A stretch of DNA of 64,000 nt from Octopus sinensis (taxonomy: Eukaryota): NCBI RefSeq assembly GCF_006345805.1, contig NC_042999.1:133362001-133426000 (forward strand), written 5' to 3'. Shown one piece after another: positions 1-12,578 of this stretch. Below the pieces are notes generated by a model that had not been told where the DNA came from, did not search any database, and saw only the letters and a list, made by a program, of their open reading frames with translations. Position numbers and translations under genes: made by a program. How positions within the stretch are numbered: position 1 is the stretch's first letter; every line of letters starts with the position of its first letter.

Positions 1-1
1 A

Positions 2-39
<38 letters not shown>

Positions 40-168
40 AAATAGTAAAGAGTGAAAAAACTACAGAGGCTTAAATGTTAAAAATATATATATTTGCGCC
101 AATATGTCTGAAGAATATTAGAAAATTTTTTTAAAAAATTTTTTTTCTCTTATAATGACATAATTTAA

Positions 169-206
169 AAGAAAGACCGTTTCGCGTGTAGCTTTTCAAA
201 TTTCTT
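169..206 (-). ncRNA. Hammerhead ribozyme motif, U3:A8 variant (left pLTR copy)
   Basis: Minus strand AAGAAA-T-TTGAAAA-GC tacac GC-GAAAC-G-GTC-TTTCTT; one C of the stem III palindrome is deleted relative to the 1801 copy. Confidence 0.5.
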
Positions 207-509
207 GCGACGTTTATGTTTATGTTGAATAGAGTTTTTCGTTATGTTTATGTTCAAGAGAGTTCTAAATAGGGAAGGTAGTGAGTGATTTCTTCCGGTG
301 TAACGAGAATAATCGCTTAAAAATGTTTTCCTTTCCCTTGGTGTGATTTTTCTGTATCAGTATGTTCGGATGGTTGAGTCTGGGCTTGTACTTTTCAATG
401 AAGAATGTTTCCTTGTTTAGTCTAATTTGTGTTGATGATCCGAAAGCACATTGGTAAAATGGAAAGATTAAAAATTGTGGTAGTAGTTGCTTTGCGCATT
501 TCTCAATGC

Positions 510-1690
510 ATGGAAATAATCATTTACCAGGAATCTTTATCAATCTTTGGAAACCCCCTCTCTCAATACATAAAAGAGAATTGGAAACGATTCTTAGACG
601 ATTGTTTTATTCTCTGGAATGAAAACACAGATAAACTCCTAAAATTTAAAAACCTATTGAACAGCACAAACCCAAATATACAGTTCACAATGGAATACAA
701 CCAAAAGGAGCTCCCGTTCTTGGATATACTAATTAAAAAAATTAACCTTAAATAGAAACAGACATTTTTTACAAAGCCACAGACGCCACAATACCTTCTT
801 TTTAATTCATGCCACCCAAGACACACTAAACAAACATCCCCTTCAACCTTGCAAGAAGGATATGCACAATAGTGTCAGAACAAATACCAGGAACTTTAGA
901 CTGCAAGAACTCAAAAACACCCTAATTGACAGACATTACCCAGCTCAACTCATAGAAGATGGGATCAGACGTGCAACAAAATCAACATAGAACTTTAAGA
1001 AAAGTTCAACACAACAACACACCTTCCCCGAAAATACTACCTTACATATCTACATACAACCCCAGAAACAAAGAAGCCTTCACCATCATCACGCAGAATT
1101 TACCAATACTTCATAAAAACCCCCCAATTAAAGGAAATTCTAAACATACAACCAAATCATTAAAAGCTACGAACAGCCTAAATCACCCAAAAAGATTCTC
1201 ACAAAGGCAAATTTTCTTCTGAAATTACGGATGCAAAATTAAAAAAATGTGGTAGATCGAACTGTGCAACATGTCCTAACCTGCTAGAAGGATCAGAATT
1301 CCTCTTTAAAGAGGACAGAATTCAAGATCAAATCTAACTTTACTTATATGCCTCTGAAAACATAATTTATGTCATAAAATGCTCGGGCTGCCACCAAGAC
1401 TACGTGGGTTCCACGGGACTATCACTCAGACGTAGATGCACACTGCATCGACAACAGATTGCATTCCCAGAATATAGAATGATACCTTTTAGTGAGCACA
1501 TTGGGAAATGCGCAAAACAACTACTACCACAATTTTTAATCTTTCCATTTTACCAATGTGCTTTCGGATCATCAACACAAATTAGACTAAACAAGGAAAC
1601 ATTCTTCATTGAAAAGTACAAGCCCAGACTCAACCATCCGAACATACTGATACAGAGAAATTCACACCAAGGGAAAAGAAAACATTTTTA
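510..1690 (+). pseudogene. PLE reverse transcriptase C-terminal part plus GIY-YIG endonuclease, frameshifted
   Basis: WKRFLDDCFILW...NIQFTMEYNQKELPFLDILI (RT); SCHPRHTKTNIPFNLARRICTIVS; CGRSNCATC linker; IYVIKCSGCHQDYVGSTGLSLRRR (GIY-YIG-type); KETFFIEKYKPRLN at the C-terminus. Confidence 0.88.
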
Positions 1691-1800
1691 AGCGATTATC
1701 TCCCTTACACCGGAAGAAATCACTCACTACCTTCCCTTATTTAGAACTCTCCTGAACACAAACATAACGAAAACTCTATTCAACATAAACATAACGTCGC

Positions 1801-1839
1801 AAGAAATTTGAAAAGCTACACGCGAAACCGGTCTTTCTT
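1801..1839 (+). ncRNA. Minimal type I hammerhead ribozyme motif with U3:A8 core
   Basis: AAGAAA-T-TTGAAAA-GC tacac GC-GAAA-CCG-GTC-TTTCTT: stem II G-C closed, palindromic stem III ACCGGT, GUC site, 6-bp stem I with one extra U. Lies in the pLTR downstream of the GIY-YIG stop, where PLE hammerheads are known to occur. Confidence 0.6.
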
Positions 1840-2025
1840 TTAAATTATGTCATTATAAGAGAAAAAAATTTTTTTTTTTTAATTTTCTAATATTCTTCAG
1901 ACATATTGACGCAAATATATATATTTTTTAACATTTAAGAAAGCCTCTTGTAGTTTTTTCACACTCTTTACTATTTTCTATATATTCCCCCACGTGCTTT
2001 CACAACCAACTTTCTTATCTATCTA

Positions 2026-2093
<68 letters not shown>

Positions 2094-2127
2094 TATATAT
2101 ATATATATGTATGTGTATTATATATAA

Positions 2128-2173
<46 letters not shown>

Positions 2174-2265
2174 ATTAGAGACAAACCACTATTTATGCAA
2201 ATCAAACAAGATAGACTTAAGCCAATACATAAAATAATTTAATATAAATTAAATTTAATTAAAAT

Positions 2266-2318
2266 AACCACTACGATCGTTTCGTGTCAGCACTTCTATG
2301 AACATTCTTCAGGTGGTT
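2266..2318 (-). ncRNA. Type I hammerhead ribozyme motif
   Basis: Minus strand AACCAC-CTGAAGA-ATGTTCATAGAAGTGCTGACAC-GAAAC-GATC-GTA-GTGGTT. Confidence 0.72.
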
Positions 2319-2370
2319 TCAAAACCTTCTTTGCAAGTTCATAGTTAAAACTTGCAAAGAAGGTTTTTGA

Positions 2371-2424
2371 AACCACCTGAAGAATGTCTTATAGAAGTGC
2401 TGACACGAAACGATCGTAGTGGTT
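2371..2424 (+). ncRNA. Type I hammerhead ribozyme motif
   Basis: AACCAC-CTGAAGA-ATGTC ttatagaagtgct GACAC-GAAAC-GATC-GTA-GTGGTT: 6-bp stem I, palindromic stem III ACGATCGT, GUA site. Confidence 0.8.
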
Positions 2425-2605
2425 ATTTTAATTAAATTTAATTTATATAAATTATTTTATGTATTGACTTAAGTCTTTCTTGTTTGATTTGCATAATAGT
2501 GGTTTTGTCTCTAATTTAATATAATATGATATTTTACTATAAAATTGGATTCAATCCTAAATCTGATTTTTCCCTGTAAATTTGGATTTATTCCCTAATA
2601 TTTAT

Positions 2606-2634
<29 letters not shown>

Positions 2635-2639
<5 letters not shown>

Positions 2640-2956
2640 CCCCCTTCGGTCATGACTGACCATGGGAGTGCACCTAGAAAGTTACTCTCCGAGGCACAAG
2701 TCCGAGCAAGGTTGTTTATGGAAGACCAGCAGTCACCCATACATACCGGCTCACCTCGACACGCTACTAGTGTTATCCAAGGGAAAGGCAGATACAGCTT
2801 GGCATCTGAGACGTCGCAACTAATTTCTACAGCTGAGTGAATTGGAGCAACGTGAAATAAAGTGTCTTGCTCAAGAACACAACGCGCAGCTCGGTCTGGG
2901 ATTCGAACTCTCAACCGCATATCGTAAGCTCGACACTCTAACCACTGAGCCATGTG
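2635..2956 (-). mobile_element. tRNA-derived SINE
   Basis: Minus-strand head with A/B boxes (tggctcagtggttagagtg...gagttcgaatccca); same family as 3262-3575. Confidence 0.8.
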
Positions 2957-3261
2957 TATCAGAACTCCAAGTGTACATCTTTATTGACTCGAAATGGTGG
3001 AAGGCAAAATTGACCTGGTATGAGCACAGAATACTGAAACAGATATCGGAAGGTAATCCATTGAACATTTTAATGATTGTCTCCATCAACTTCGTACATA
3101 CGCACAAACACGCAAACACACACACGAACACTGAAAAATAGACTAGACTATTGAAGGACAACCAAATAGTCAGCAAATGGTACTATCAAAAAGGCTGCAT
3201 GCTGGTTCACATATTTACTATTTTTTGTGTAAGTTTCCCTGCTTCTTATATTACAAATGTG

Positions 3262-3575
3262 AAGGCACATACTTCAGTGGTTAGAGCGTCGGGTTCACAA
3301 TCATGAGATAGTGAGTTCGATTCCCGGACCGGGCTGTGAGTTGTGTTCTTGAGAAAGCCTCTTTATTTCACGTTGCTCCAGTTCACTCGGCTGAAGAAAT
3401 GATGCCAACTGTAGAAATGGTGCCAAGCTGTAATCGGCCTTTCCCTTGGATAAGATCGGTGGCATGGGCATTGCTGGTCTTCCATAAGCAACCTTGCCCG
3501 GACTTGTGCCTGGGAGGGTAACTTTCTAGGTGCAATCCCATGATCATTCATGACCGAAGGAGGTCTTTACTCTTT
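3262..3575 (+). mobile_element. tRNA-derived SINE
   Basis: cagtggttagagcgtcggg...gagttcgattcccggacc head; body ttgtgttcttgagaaagc...catgaccgaaggaggtc matches 2635-2956. Confidence 0.8.
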
Positions 3576-4568
3576 TAAATTACAAATATAATGTCCTCTA
3601 TGCCTCTGCATCAGTAAGTTGCATATCTCTTTATCTAGAACAATCAAACAGATCTGGTTTTTCCATCGCGTTTACCATGCTGTAAGCGAATTTTCAGTCT
3701 TTTGAAACTGACTCTATAGCTTACTCCGCTTACATGTTTTCTTAGAGCTACTGAAACAGAATATCGACATAAAACCGCCAAATTATCAGTCAAGGAAGGC
3801 CTTCAGAAGTCATAGTCGCTACAGATTAAGCAAGGCCTTCAAAAGTGAAGAACACTCATGGAGTGGGGGTAATATCACTAACCTAGTATAACAATGGGAA
3901 TCTATACAAACAAATACATATTCAAACACATATATGTGAGGAATATATAAGAACAATAATAAGTTTTGAAAGTAACATAAATTTATATACGCATGCACCC
4001 ACACACGCACTCACATACACTCACATGTGTGTGTGTGTGTGTGTGTGCTAAAGTTTTAGCATGAAAGGTAAATATTTCTATGAGTATTTTTGCAAATGCA
4101 AAAATATGTTTTCACATAAATGTTTTCATACGTTTATGAATTATTTTGCAAGATTTCATATAACGGTTTTTCTGTAAAGATATAAATGCATGTTTTCTCT
4201 AGGTGAGTTTTAAACATCCCCGCCACCACACGCTCACGACAAAAGAGAGTCTCATATTACTGGAAAGTTTTCGTATAATAAAAAGTAAAACAAAATGTTA
4301 TAGTGCATATTTTCGTGCATAGTTTAGTGTATATTGTATTCAACATATATAAATATGGGTTATGGATCATAAGGCCAAAGAATAAAAATTTTGAATGCAA
4401 GCAATAACGAAAATCCCAAAACTGAAAGCAGTAAAATCAATTTGTCAGAACTCCAGTTTTTTGGGGGTTTTGTTTAATAACAAAAACAGTCTTCAATGCT
4501 ATTTATTTGCAATTATGAAATAGAATATATTTTAGAAACATATCCAAACATAAGCAACGTAGCTCGTT

Positions 4569-5047
4569 AGAAATTCTCTATAAGAGATGAAAGTAGTAAC
4601 TATACTGAGAAGAAATGTTTATCGTCACTCCAATATCGCTGTTCGACCGTTTTTAACCCCAGGAAGAGCCTTATCCAGCTGGTTATCGATGCAATCTGCA
4701 CCCGATGAACATTACTTCTCAGTATAGTTACTACTTCCATCTCTTATGGAGATTTTCTGACTAGCTAGTTTACTTGTTGCGAGATCAGTGACTGGTTGTC
4801 ACTTATGTTTCTAAATATTGCGAGCTGAAGCGTACTACTGCTATCTCTCTCCGACAGGTGTCGATCACTGAGGATAAGTACAAATAGCTCGAAACCCCGT
4901 CGTCGCAGGAATATGGTGAGAGGTTCGCTGTCCTGCTTGCAATGTATATTGGGCTCGGATTGCATCGACCACCAGCTGGAGGAGGCGTCCTCCTGGGGTT
5001 AAAAACGGTAGCATTGTCGGTTCATATTGAAGAGGCGATGAACATTA
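4569..5047. repeat. Nested inverted repeats (foldback-like), possible degenerate hammerhead at ~4860-4905
   Basis: 4569-4625 inverted at 4700-4758; 4614-4700 inverted at ~4956-5047; cactgaggataagtacaaatagctcgaaaccccgtcgtcg lies between them. Confidence 0.65.
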
Positions 5048-5359
5048 CTATTCAAGCATATTTTCGTCAAAAACCAAAGCGTATAGTAGAGATAGAATAT
5101 GGAAGACAATCGAAAATGGAAGCGGTTTCAAAATTTGGTATTTTTATCGGGTATTTATCTTTTATCTTTTACTTGTTTCAGCCATCAGGGGCACCACTTG
5201 AAGGGTTTTTAGTCGAATGAATCGACCCCAATATTCTTATTTCTAGCAATGGTGGTGCTAGCTAGTACCTTACGCACATTAGTGATGTCTCTCTCTCTCT
5301 CTCCCTCTCCTCTCTCTCTCTCAATATATATATATATATGTGTGGTGTGTGTGTGTGTC

Positions 5360-5390
<31 letters not shown>

Positions 5391-5394
5391 TTAA

Positions 5395-5770
5395 ATAATG
5401 AGGGAGATAAATTAATATTAATTTTAATATCAATTTAGAACCAGTAGTCTAGCATACAAAAAATCTGAGAAGTCCCTAATGTAATCGGTAAAACTAAGCA
5501 CGTGTCTGTCTTGGCACAGAAAGCTGGGGTTAGTTTTTCAGATTGCATTTACACTGAACGATTGTACTGATGAAGCCACGGACATTTGAATTATGTAGTA
5601 ATTCTTTGTTAAAGGCCGAAACCGAGGTATGCAATTAATTCTGTTTTATAAATTTTCATCTGTCCTGCCCGCCAAATTTGGTTCTGGTGTTTGCTGAATT
5701 TTTTCTCTAGAGAACTTTTTTGTAGTTTGATTGTTGATGATCTATTTCTAGCATACGGCCGACACTACCT
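5395..5770 (+). mobile_element. PLE pLTR-like fragment
   Basis: Begins at (TA)n with an end sequence shared with 13040-13100 (atcaattta...ccagt.gtctagc...aaa.tctgag) and contains a hammerhead. Confidence 0.6.
5560..5636 (+). ncRNA. Type I hammerhead ribozyme motif with long stem II loop
   Basis: GATTGTA-CTGATGA-AGCC...GGCC-GAAAC-CGAG-GTA-TGCAATT; 7-bp stem I including two G-U pairs. Confidence 0.75.
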
Positions 5771-5788
5771 AGCAGCCTTGCCCTGCCA

Positions 5789-5887
<99 letters not shown>

Positions 5888-5909
5888 ATACATATATATA
5901 TATATATAA

Positions 5910-5945
<36 letters not shown>

Positions 5946-6434
5946 TTCATCTAGTTTCAGCTCACGAGCTGTGGCCATGCTGGGGCACCGCATATATATA
6001 TATATATGTGTTTGTGTGTGTGTTTCCATATAAATATGTACACACTGAAAGAGAGAGAGACAATAGATGGGAGAATCCAAGGGAACAAACAGACGGATAT
6101 ATATATATATATATATATTTACACACACACACACACACACATGCACATACACACACACATACACATACACATATACATATGTTTCACTCATTATAAAGCA
6201 CCCGTGCTGGGGCACAGGCCTTGAAGGATTTTTTTATCAAATGAATCGACTCCAGTTCTTATTTTTTAAACCTAGTACTTTTCCTCTTTTCTTTTGTTTT
6301 CAGAACCGCTGTGGCACGAGAACATAAACACACCAACAGCGGTCTTCAAGTGGTGGAGGAGGTCAAACGCAAACACAAAGACACGCACTTAGATATATAT
6401 ATATATATATATATATGTATAGAAATTAAATATA

Positions 6435-6745
6435 AAATATAAATTACAAAGTGGGACAAGAACGCAAAAACACACAAAAAACAGACGGGTCACTCGAAGC
6501 CTCTAATCTTCAGTCGGGAACCGGATCATCTTAGTAATTTCGGCTGTTTAATCTCGATATTACTCCGACCCGGCCAGCCCCAAGGAAAAACCAAGACACA
6601 AGCATTGGATTTCTTGGAAAGAGGATCGAATGTATACGAAACAAAGACAGGATGCCACACGAATATAAATACAAGAAACAAAAATAGAAATAAAAAACAG
6701 AAATAAAAAACACGAATGGTGGACAGTACAAGGACAAGGGCGTCT
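6435..6745. mobile_element. Interspersed repeat family next to (TA)n; copies at 10785-11095 and, inverted, 24320-24445
   Basis: Shared gtgggacaagaacgcaaaaa...cactcgaagcctctaatcttcagtcgg...ggatcgaatgtatacgaaacaaagacaggatgccacacg. A PLE-type end is inferred, not demonstrated. Confidence 0.7.
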
Positions 6746-6958
6746 TACGACTTTAGACAATTTTTAACTTATCTTGGCTGGCGTATATGAAAAAAGCCTT
6801 CAACGCCAAAAATGAAAACAACGTTAACGTGGCCGCGGTCAGGCCGAAATGACCAGTTTGAACGCGGTCACGTGAGAGCACGGAAGAAAGAGAAAGAAAA
6901 AGAAAGGCAGGGAGCAAGGAATTAAAGAGAGAGGGAAAGAAAGGAACGAAGGCACCAG

Positions 6959-6995
<37 letters not shown>

Positions 6996-7194
6996 TAATA
7001 AGAGAGGGGAGAAGAAACAGGATTGGCACAGCAATAGAAATGACGGTGCAAATAAGGTGGGGGAAGAATCAGAGGCAAGAAAAGAGAAAGACACATACTA
7101 TAGAGAGAGTGTGTGTAAAGACGTCGTACAAGGTAAAAATGTAGTATACATAGGAGATAGGGGAACGTTACGCCGCAATAATATATGTATAGAA

Positions 7195-7228
<34 letters not shown>

Positions 7229-7398
7229 GAGAGGATTTTTTCAGTTTCCGTCAACCAATTTCACTCACAAAGCTTTAATCGGCCCGAGGTATAGCGTAAG
7301 GCAATTGCCCAAAGTGCCACGCAGAGAGATTGAATGCAGAACCATGTGGTTGGGAAGCAAGCTTCTTAGTACCTTACCACGCTGGCACGCGTACTCCT

Positions 7399-7435
<37 letters not shown>

Positions 7436-7469
7436 CTATATATATATATATATATATATACATATTATG

Positions 7470-7501
<32 letters not shown>

Positions 7502-8127
7502 TGTATGTATGTATGTATGTATGTATGTATGTATGTATGGTTGTATAAGCGTTTATGTGTGTGTGTGTGTAAAGACGTATTGATTGTATCGCTATATATC
7601 TGTCATATCTCAAAAAGAGATTACGAAACCCCATAAAATATTATTTTAAACAACGGATCTTGCTTGAGACAAAAGTATTCGCACCACTTCATTTTATATA
7701 AACGTATCTATAATACGATAGGTATTTACACACACACTATTCCTCACTCAAGCACATCTATACACACAAACATATATGTTATAACATATACGTATATATA
7801 TATATGTGTATGTATGTATGTATGTACATATATAAACGTGTTATTCATTGGAATGTACTCATTCCTCTGTATTTATGAATGCCTGTATTTGTCATTGTAA
7901 TTCCATGTATGTACATCCATATGTAAGATTTTAATATATAAATGCTGTTACGGACATAGATATTGCTGTGTTGAGACGCAGAAGCTGATATTTACTTATA
8001 TATAATTATATAGCACATGTATAGCATACAACCATTCATATCCGTATACATAAATACATTCATACATGAATGCATATATATACATATGAGTATTATTCAT
8101 GCATAAATATATGTATACATATTTCTT

Positions 8128-8200
<73 letters not shown>

Positions 8201-8233
8201 TCTTTCTCTTAATATATAATGTATATATATATA

Positions 8234-8280
<47 letters not shown>

Positions 8281-8541
8281 TAAATACATATAATATATGT
8301 GGGTGTGTATATGTATATGTATAATATATATATATTAATATACAATATAATATATATGTATATATATACACACACATATATCGAGAGAGAGAGAGCGCGA
8401 GAGTGTGAGAAAGATAAACAGAGACAGACATATTAAGCGATAGATAGATAGATAGATAGATAGGAATATAATATACATACTTATACACTCCTACACAAAT
8501 ACATACATAAGTATATGTATATATGTATGTATGTATATATG

Positions 8542-8582
<41 letters not shown>

Positions 8583-8693
8583 AAGAAGAGAGGAGGAGAG
8601 TGAGGGGCGCAGGAAGTAAAGATATATGTATATTCTTTAGGAATATTCCGAGAGAAAGAAGACTGTCATAGAAGCGGAAAGGCAGACACTTAC

Positions 8694-8820
8694 TAAAATA
8701 ATTATATTGCAAATCATCTCAGCAAAAAATAACCTCGCTGAAGGTTCAGCAAATCTGTCACGCGTGCATTTCATCTTGATCCATGCTGCCCCTAATTCGT
8801 TGCTGCTGTTATTGTTATTA
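8694..8820 (-). CDS. Possible exon of the anoctamin-like gene (region before/at TM2)
   Basis: Perfect donor TTA|GTAAGT; open frame NNNNSSNELGAAWIKMKCTRDRFAEPSARLFFAEMICNIIIL resembles anoctamin W...C...FDNPATVFF..FM; phase 2 start fits exon 18961-19218. The acceptor (tttgacaatag) is weak. Confidence 0.3.
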
Positions 8821-9351
8821 CTATTGTCAAACGCTTATCTTTATATGCTTCATCTTGTCCCCATCAACGTCACCTACATGTAGGCATATCTAACTTATGT
8901 CGAATTATTTTCTTGTGATTGTACCTTATGACTTATTGTGATGTCAACGTATATGTCAACTTGCTGTAAGAGTTTTCTTCTTGCTTTTTTTGTGTTGTTT
9001 TTTCATTCTTTTTTCTACAGGAAAACTTCACTCGTTTTCCACGCCAAAGAAGTTGCATTTGGTAAAGCTATCTTCAAAATACTGATACATATCCGTAATG
9101 AATCTTTCAAAAACACGCACAATGTAAAGAAATAAGGAATACACCATTAGATATACAAATACATACACACGCACACAAATATGAGAGCATGTGCACGTGT
9201 ATGTATATATATATGTATATGCATGCACGTATATACATAAATATTTTTTTTACATGTGTATATATCATATTATACATTTTTATGTGAATATATATATATA
9301 CATATATGTGTACGTGCGTGTGATACATATATATTTACATATACGTATGAA

Positions 9352-9830
9352 AATCTCTTATTTGATCAATAAGTATCCGGACTGTAACCATAGTAAGAAA
9401 GCTGAAACACGCAAAGTGAAGCCACTGAGCACAAATTTAACTTGAACTCTGCTGTGCATGCGCACTAAGTTTTAACGTTCTAGCTCACTTCCGCTGTTTA
9501 CAGTAGTGTTTGGAAGGAAGGTGTGTAGCATGTGATCATCGCATTGACCATCACAGAAAAATTTGAGCTGAGAATCTGCATCAAATTTTGCCTAAAGCTT
9601 AGTGATGCTTGCTCAGAGGCCTACGCAAAGTTTTCAAAAAGTTTTCATCGTTCTCGACACAATCGAAGAGATCCTGTACAACTGGAACCCGAGTGTCTTC
9701 TTGGTCCGGTGAAAGCTGTTTTGGCATCTCATACCCAAATCTTCAGTGATAATGGACTGAACTGAACCGTAACTAAGCTGCACATCCTCTGATAACTCAT
9801 GGATGGTGATTCGACGATTTAGTCCAAAGA
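9352..9830 (+). mobile_element. Tc1/mariner non-autonomous relic
   Basis: TIR-like gatcaataagtatccggactg, then TEKFELRICIKFCLKLSDACSEAYAKF, which resembles mariner transposase N-termini (EQRICIKFC..LG.S.TE); the rest is deleted. Confidence 0.6.
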
Positions 9831-9844
9831 CTATGTATTATTCA

Positions 9845-10780
<936 letters not shown>

Positions 10781-11101
10781 TAAATATAAATATAAATTAC
10801 AAACGTGGGACAAGAACGCAAAAACCCAACAAAGAGACGACCACAAAAAACAGACGGGGCACTCGAAGCCTCTAATCTTCAGTCGGAACCGGATCATCTT
10901 AGCAATTTCGGCTGTTTAATCTCGATATCACTCCGAACTGGCCAGCCCCAAGGAAAAACTAAGCCACAGGCATTAGATTTCTTGGAAAGAGGATCGAATG
11001 TATACGAAACAAAGACAGGATGCCACACGAATATAAATACAAGAAGCAAAAAATAGAAATAAAAGACAAGAATGGTAAGCAGGACAAAAACAGCGCGCGT
11101 C

Positions 11102-11132
<31 letters not shown>

Positions 11133-11250
11133 TATATAGAAATTCGGGTTGAGTACTTGATAATTATAAGTACCTGTGTATACCGTTTGGTGGTGTAGGT
11201 GGTGGAGTAAATTGATCAAAATAAAATAAAAACATGATGCGAAGGATTCA

Positions 11251-11328
11251 GCGGTACATATGTTTCGGGCCTTTATTAGACAGATTTATAACAATGCATA
11301 ATGTATGTCTGTGGCCTTCTTCAGCCGC
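11251..11328 (-). ncRNA. Type I hammerhead ribozyme motif
   Basis: Minus strand GCGG-CTGAAGA-AGGCC...GGCCC-GAAAC-ATAT-GTA-CCGC; perfect 4-bp GC stem I, palindrome ACATATGT. Confidence 0.8.
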
Positions 11329-12417
11329 GCACCACAGCTTCCACAAGGACATGTGTTACATCAAAAATTCTTGGTTGGGGATGCAAATCCTCTCATTCAC
11401 GTACGACATAATGCGGCAGCAGCATAGAGTTGAAGCGTCCATCTCTTTCTTCTCTCAATGTAGAATGAGTGTATATGTGTGTGTATATGAGTGTATATGT
11501 GCACGCACATACGGACACACAGCCGTGTGTGCGTGCGCGTATTGACATGAGTACGGGATTCTTTACATACGTTCTTATACACATCCTTTAATATCTTATA
11601 CCTGGACCTAGAGGCGTGGGCATATACGTGTGTGTATGGAGTGATGGCCCGCGTATATACATGTGAGCGTGTACGCGCGTAATGTCCGTGTATATATGCG
11701 GATATTCTGTTGTATGTATGTGTGTGTACGCGCGTGCGTGTGGGTGCGTGTGTGTTTATGTACGTGTTTACACGTGAGTGCGTGTGTATGCTTATAGGCT
11801 TGGAGGCGTATATGTACGCGTGTATGTGGGTGTATATATCCATGATGATATGTATGTACTAGAAGTCCATTTAATTCAAGGAACCAGATTAAATGCTCAT
11901 CAGCTCTGATTTACAACGCATTAAGTCCCCAGACGAAACTGTTGATGTACTGACAATTCTACAACTAAATTTTATCAATCTCCTGACCACCATGCTTGAT
12001 CCATAACCTCTATACATCCCTTATCTTTACATTCTTTTACACTTTTATCATGTTTTTATCAGGTTTTTTTACTTTTATTTCTATTTCTATTTTTACTTTT
12101 ATTTCTTTATACCCCCTTTACTCTACTTACAACCCTTTATCCTCTACATTTTTATATTATTCTATACTTACACTTTTTATACATTTTTTATCCCTCGTCC
12201 CGAACTCTCGCCCCTCCATCTTCACCTCTATATATGTATTTATTTATTTACATTACTCAACATCCAATTTTCCTCCTTCCTCATTACATTGAGAGAAGAA
12301 GAGATGGACGCTTCAACTCTATGCTGCTGCCGCATTATGTCGTACGTGAATGAGAGGATTTGCATCCCCAACCAAGAATTTTTGATGTAACACATGTCCT
12401 TGTGGAAGCTGTGGTGC

Positions 12418-12495
12418 GCGGCTGAAGAAGGCCACAGACATACATTATGCATTGTTATAAATCTGTCTAATAAAGGCCCGAAACATATGTACCAC
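12418..12495 (+). ncRNA. Type I hammerhead ribozyme motif
   Basis: GCGG-CTGAAGA-AGGCC...GGCCC-GAAAC-ATAT-GTA-CCAC; one stem I mismatch relative to the 11251 copy. Confidence 0.72.
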
Positions 12496-12535
12496 TGAAT
12501 CCTTCGCATCATGTTTTTATTTTATTTTGATCAAT

Positions 12536-12578
<43 letters not shown>

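Larger units (their letters stand above)
37..1979 (+). mobile_element. 5'-truncated Penelope-like element (PLE) with inverted pseudo-LTR
   Basis: 37-508 is the reverse complement of 1499-1979 (e.g. tagtagttgctttgcgcatttctcaatg vs cattgggaaatgcgcaaaacaactacta). The interior encodes PLE RT and GIY-YIG relics. An inverted pLTR at the truncated 5' end is the established PLE architecture. Confidence 0.9.
2167..2522. mobile_element. Palindromic pair of PLE-type pLTR fragments, arms about 170 bp
   Basis: atattaaattagagac...cttgcaagtt / aacttgcaaag...gtctctaatttaatat with a ~9-nt centre; each arm carries a hammerhead; abuts (TA)n. Confidence 0.8.
11210..12536. mobile_element. Inverted pair of ~260-bp PLE pLTRs around an ~800-bp spacer
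   Basis: 11210-11469 is nearly the exact reverse complement of 12280-12536; each arm has a hammerhead. Confidence 0.8.

Noticed and set aside
108-125. CTGAAGA-atatta-GAAA hammerhead-like core on the plus strand
   Set aside because: No stem II pairing and no NUH or stem III; wrong strand of the pLTR.
2931-2956. tRNA gene calls at SINE heads (also 3265, 21700, 45920, 56490)
   Set aside because: A/B boxes are present but there is no complete cloverleaf, and each continues into a SINE body.
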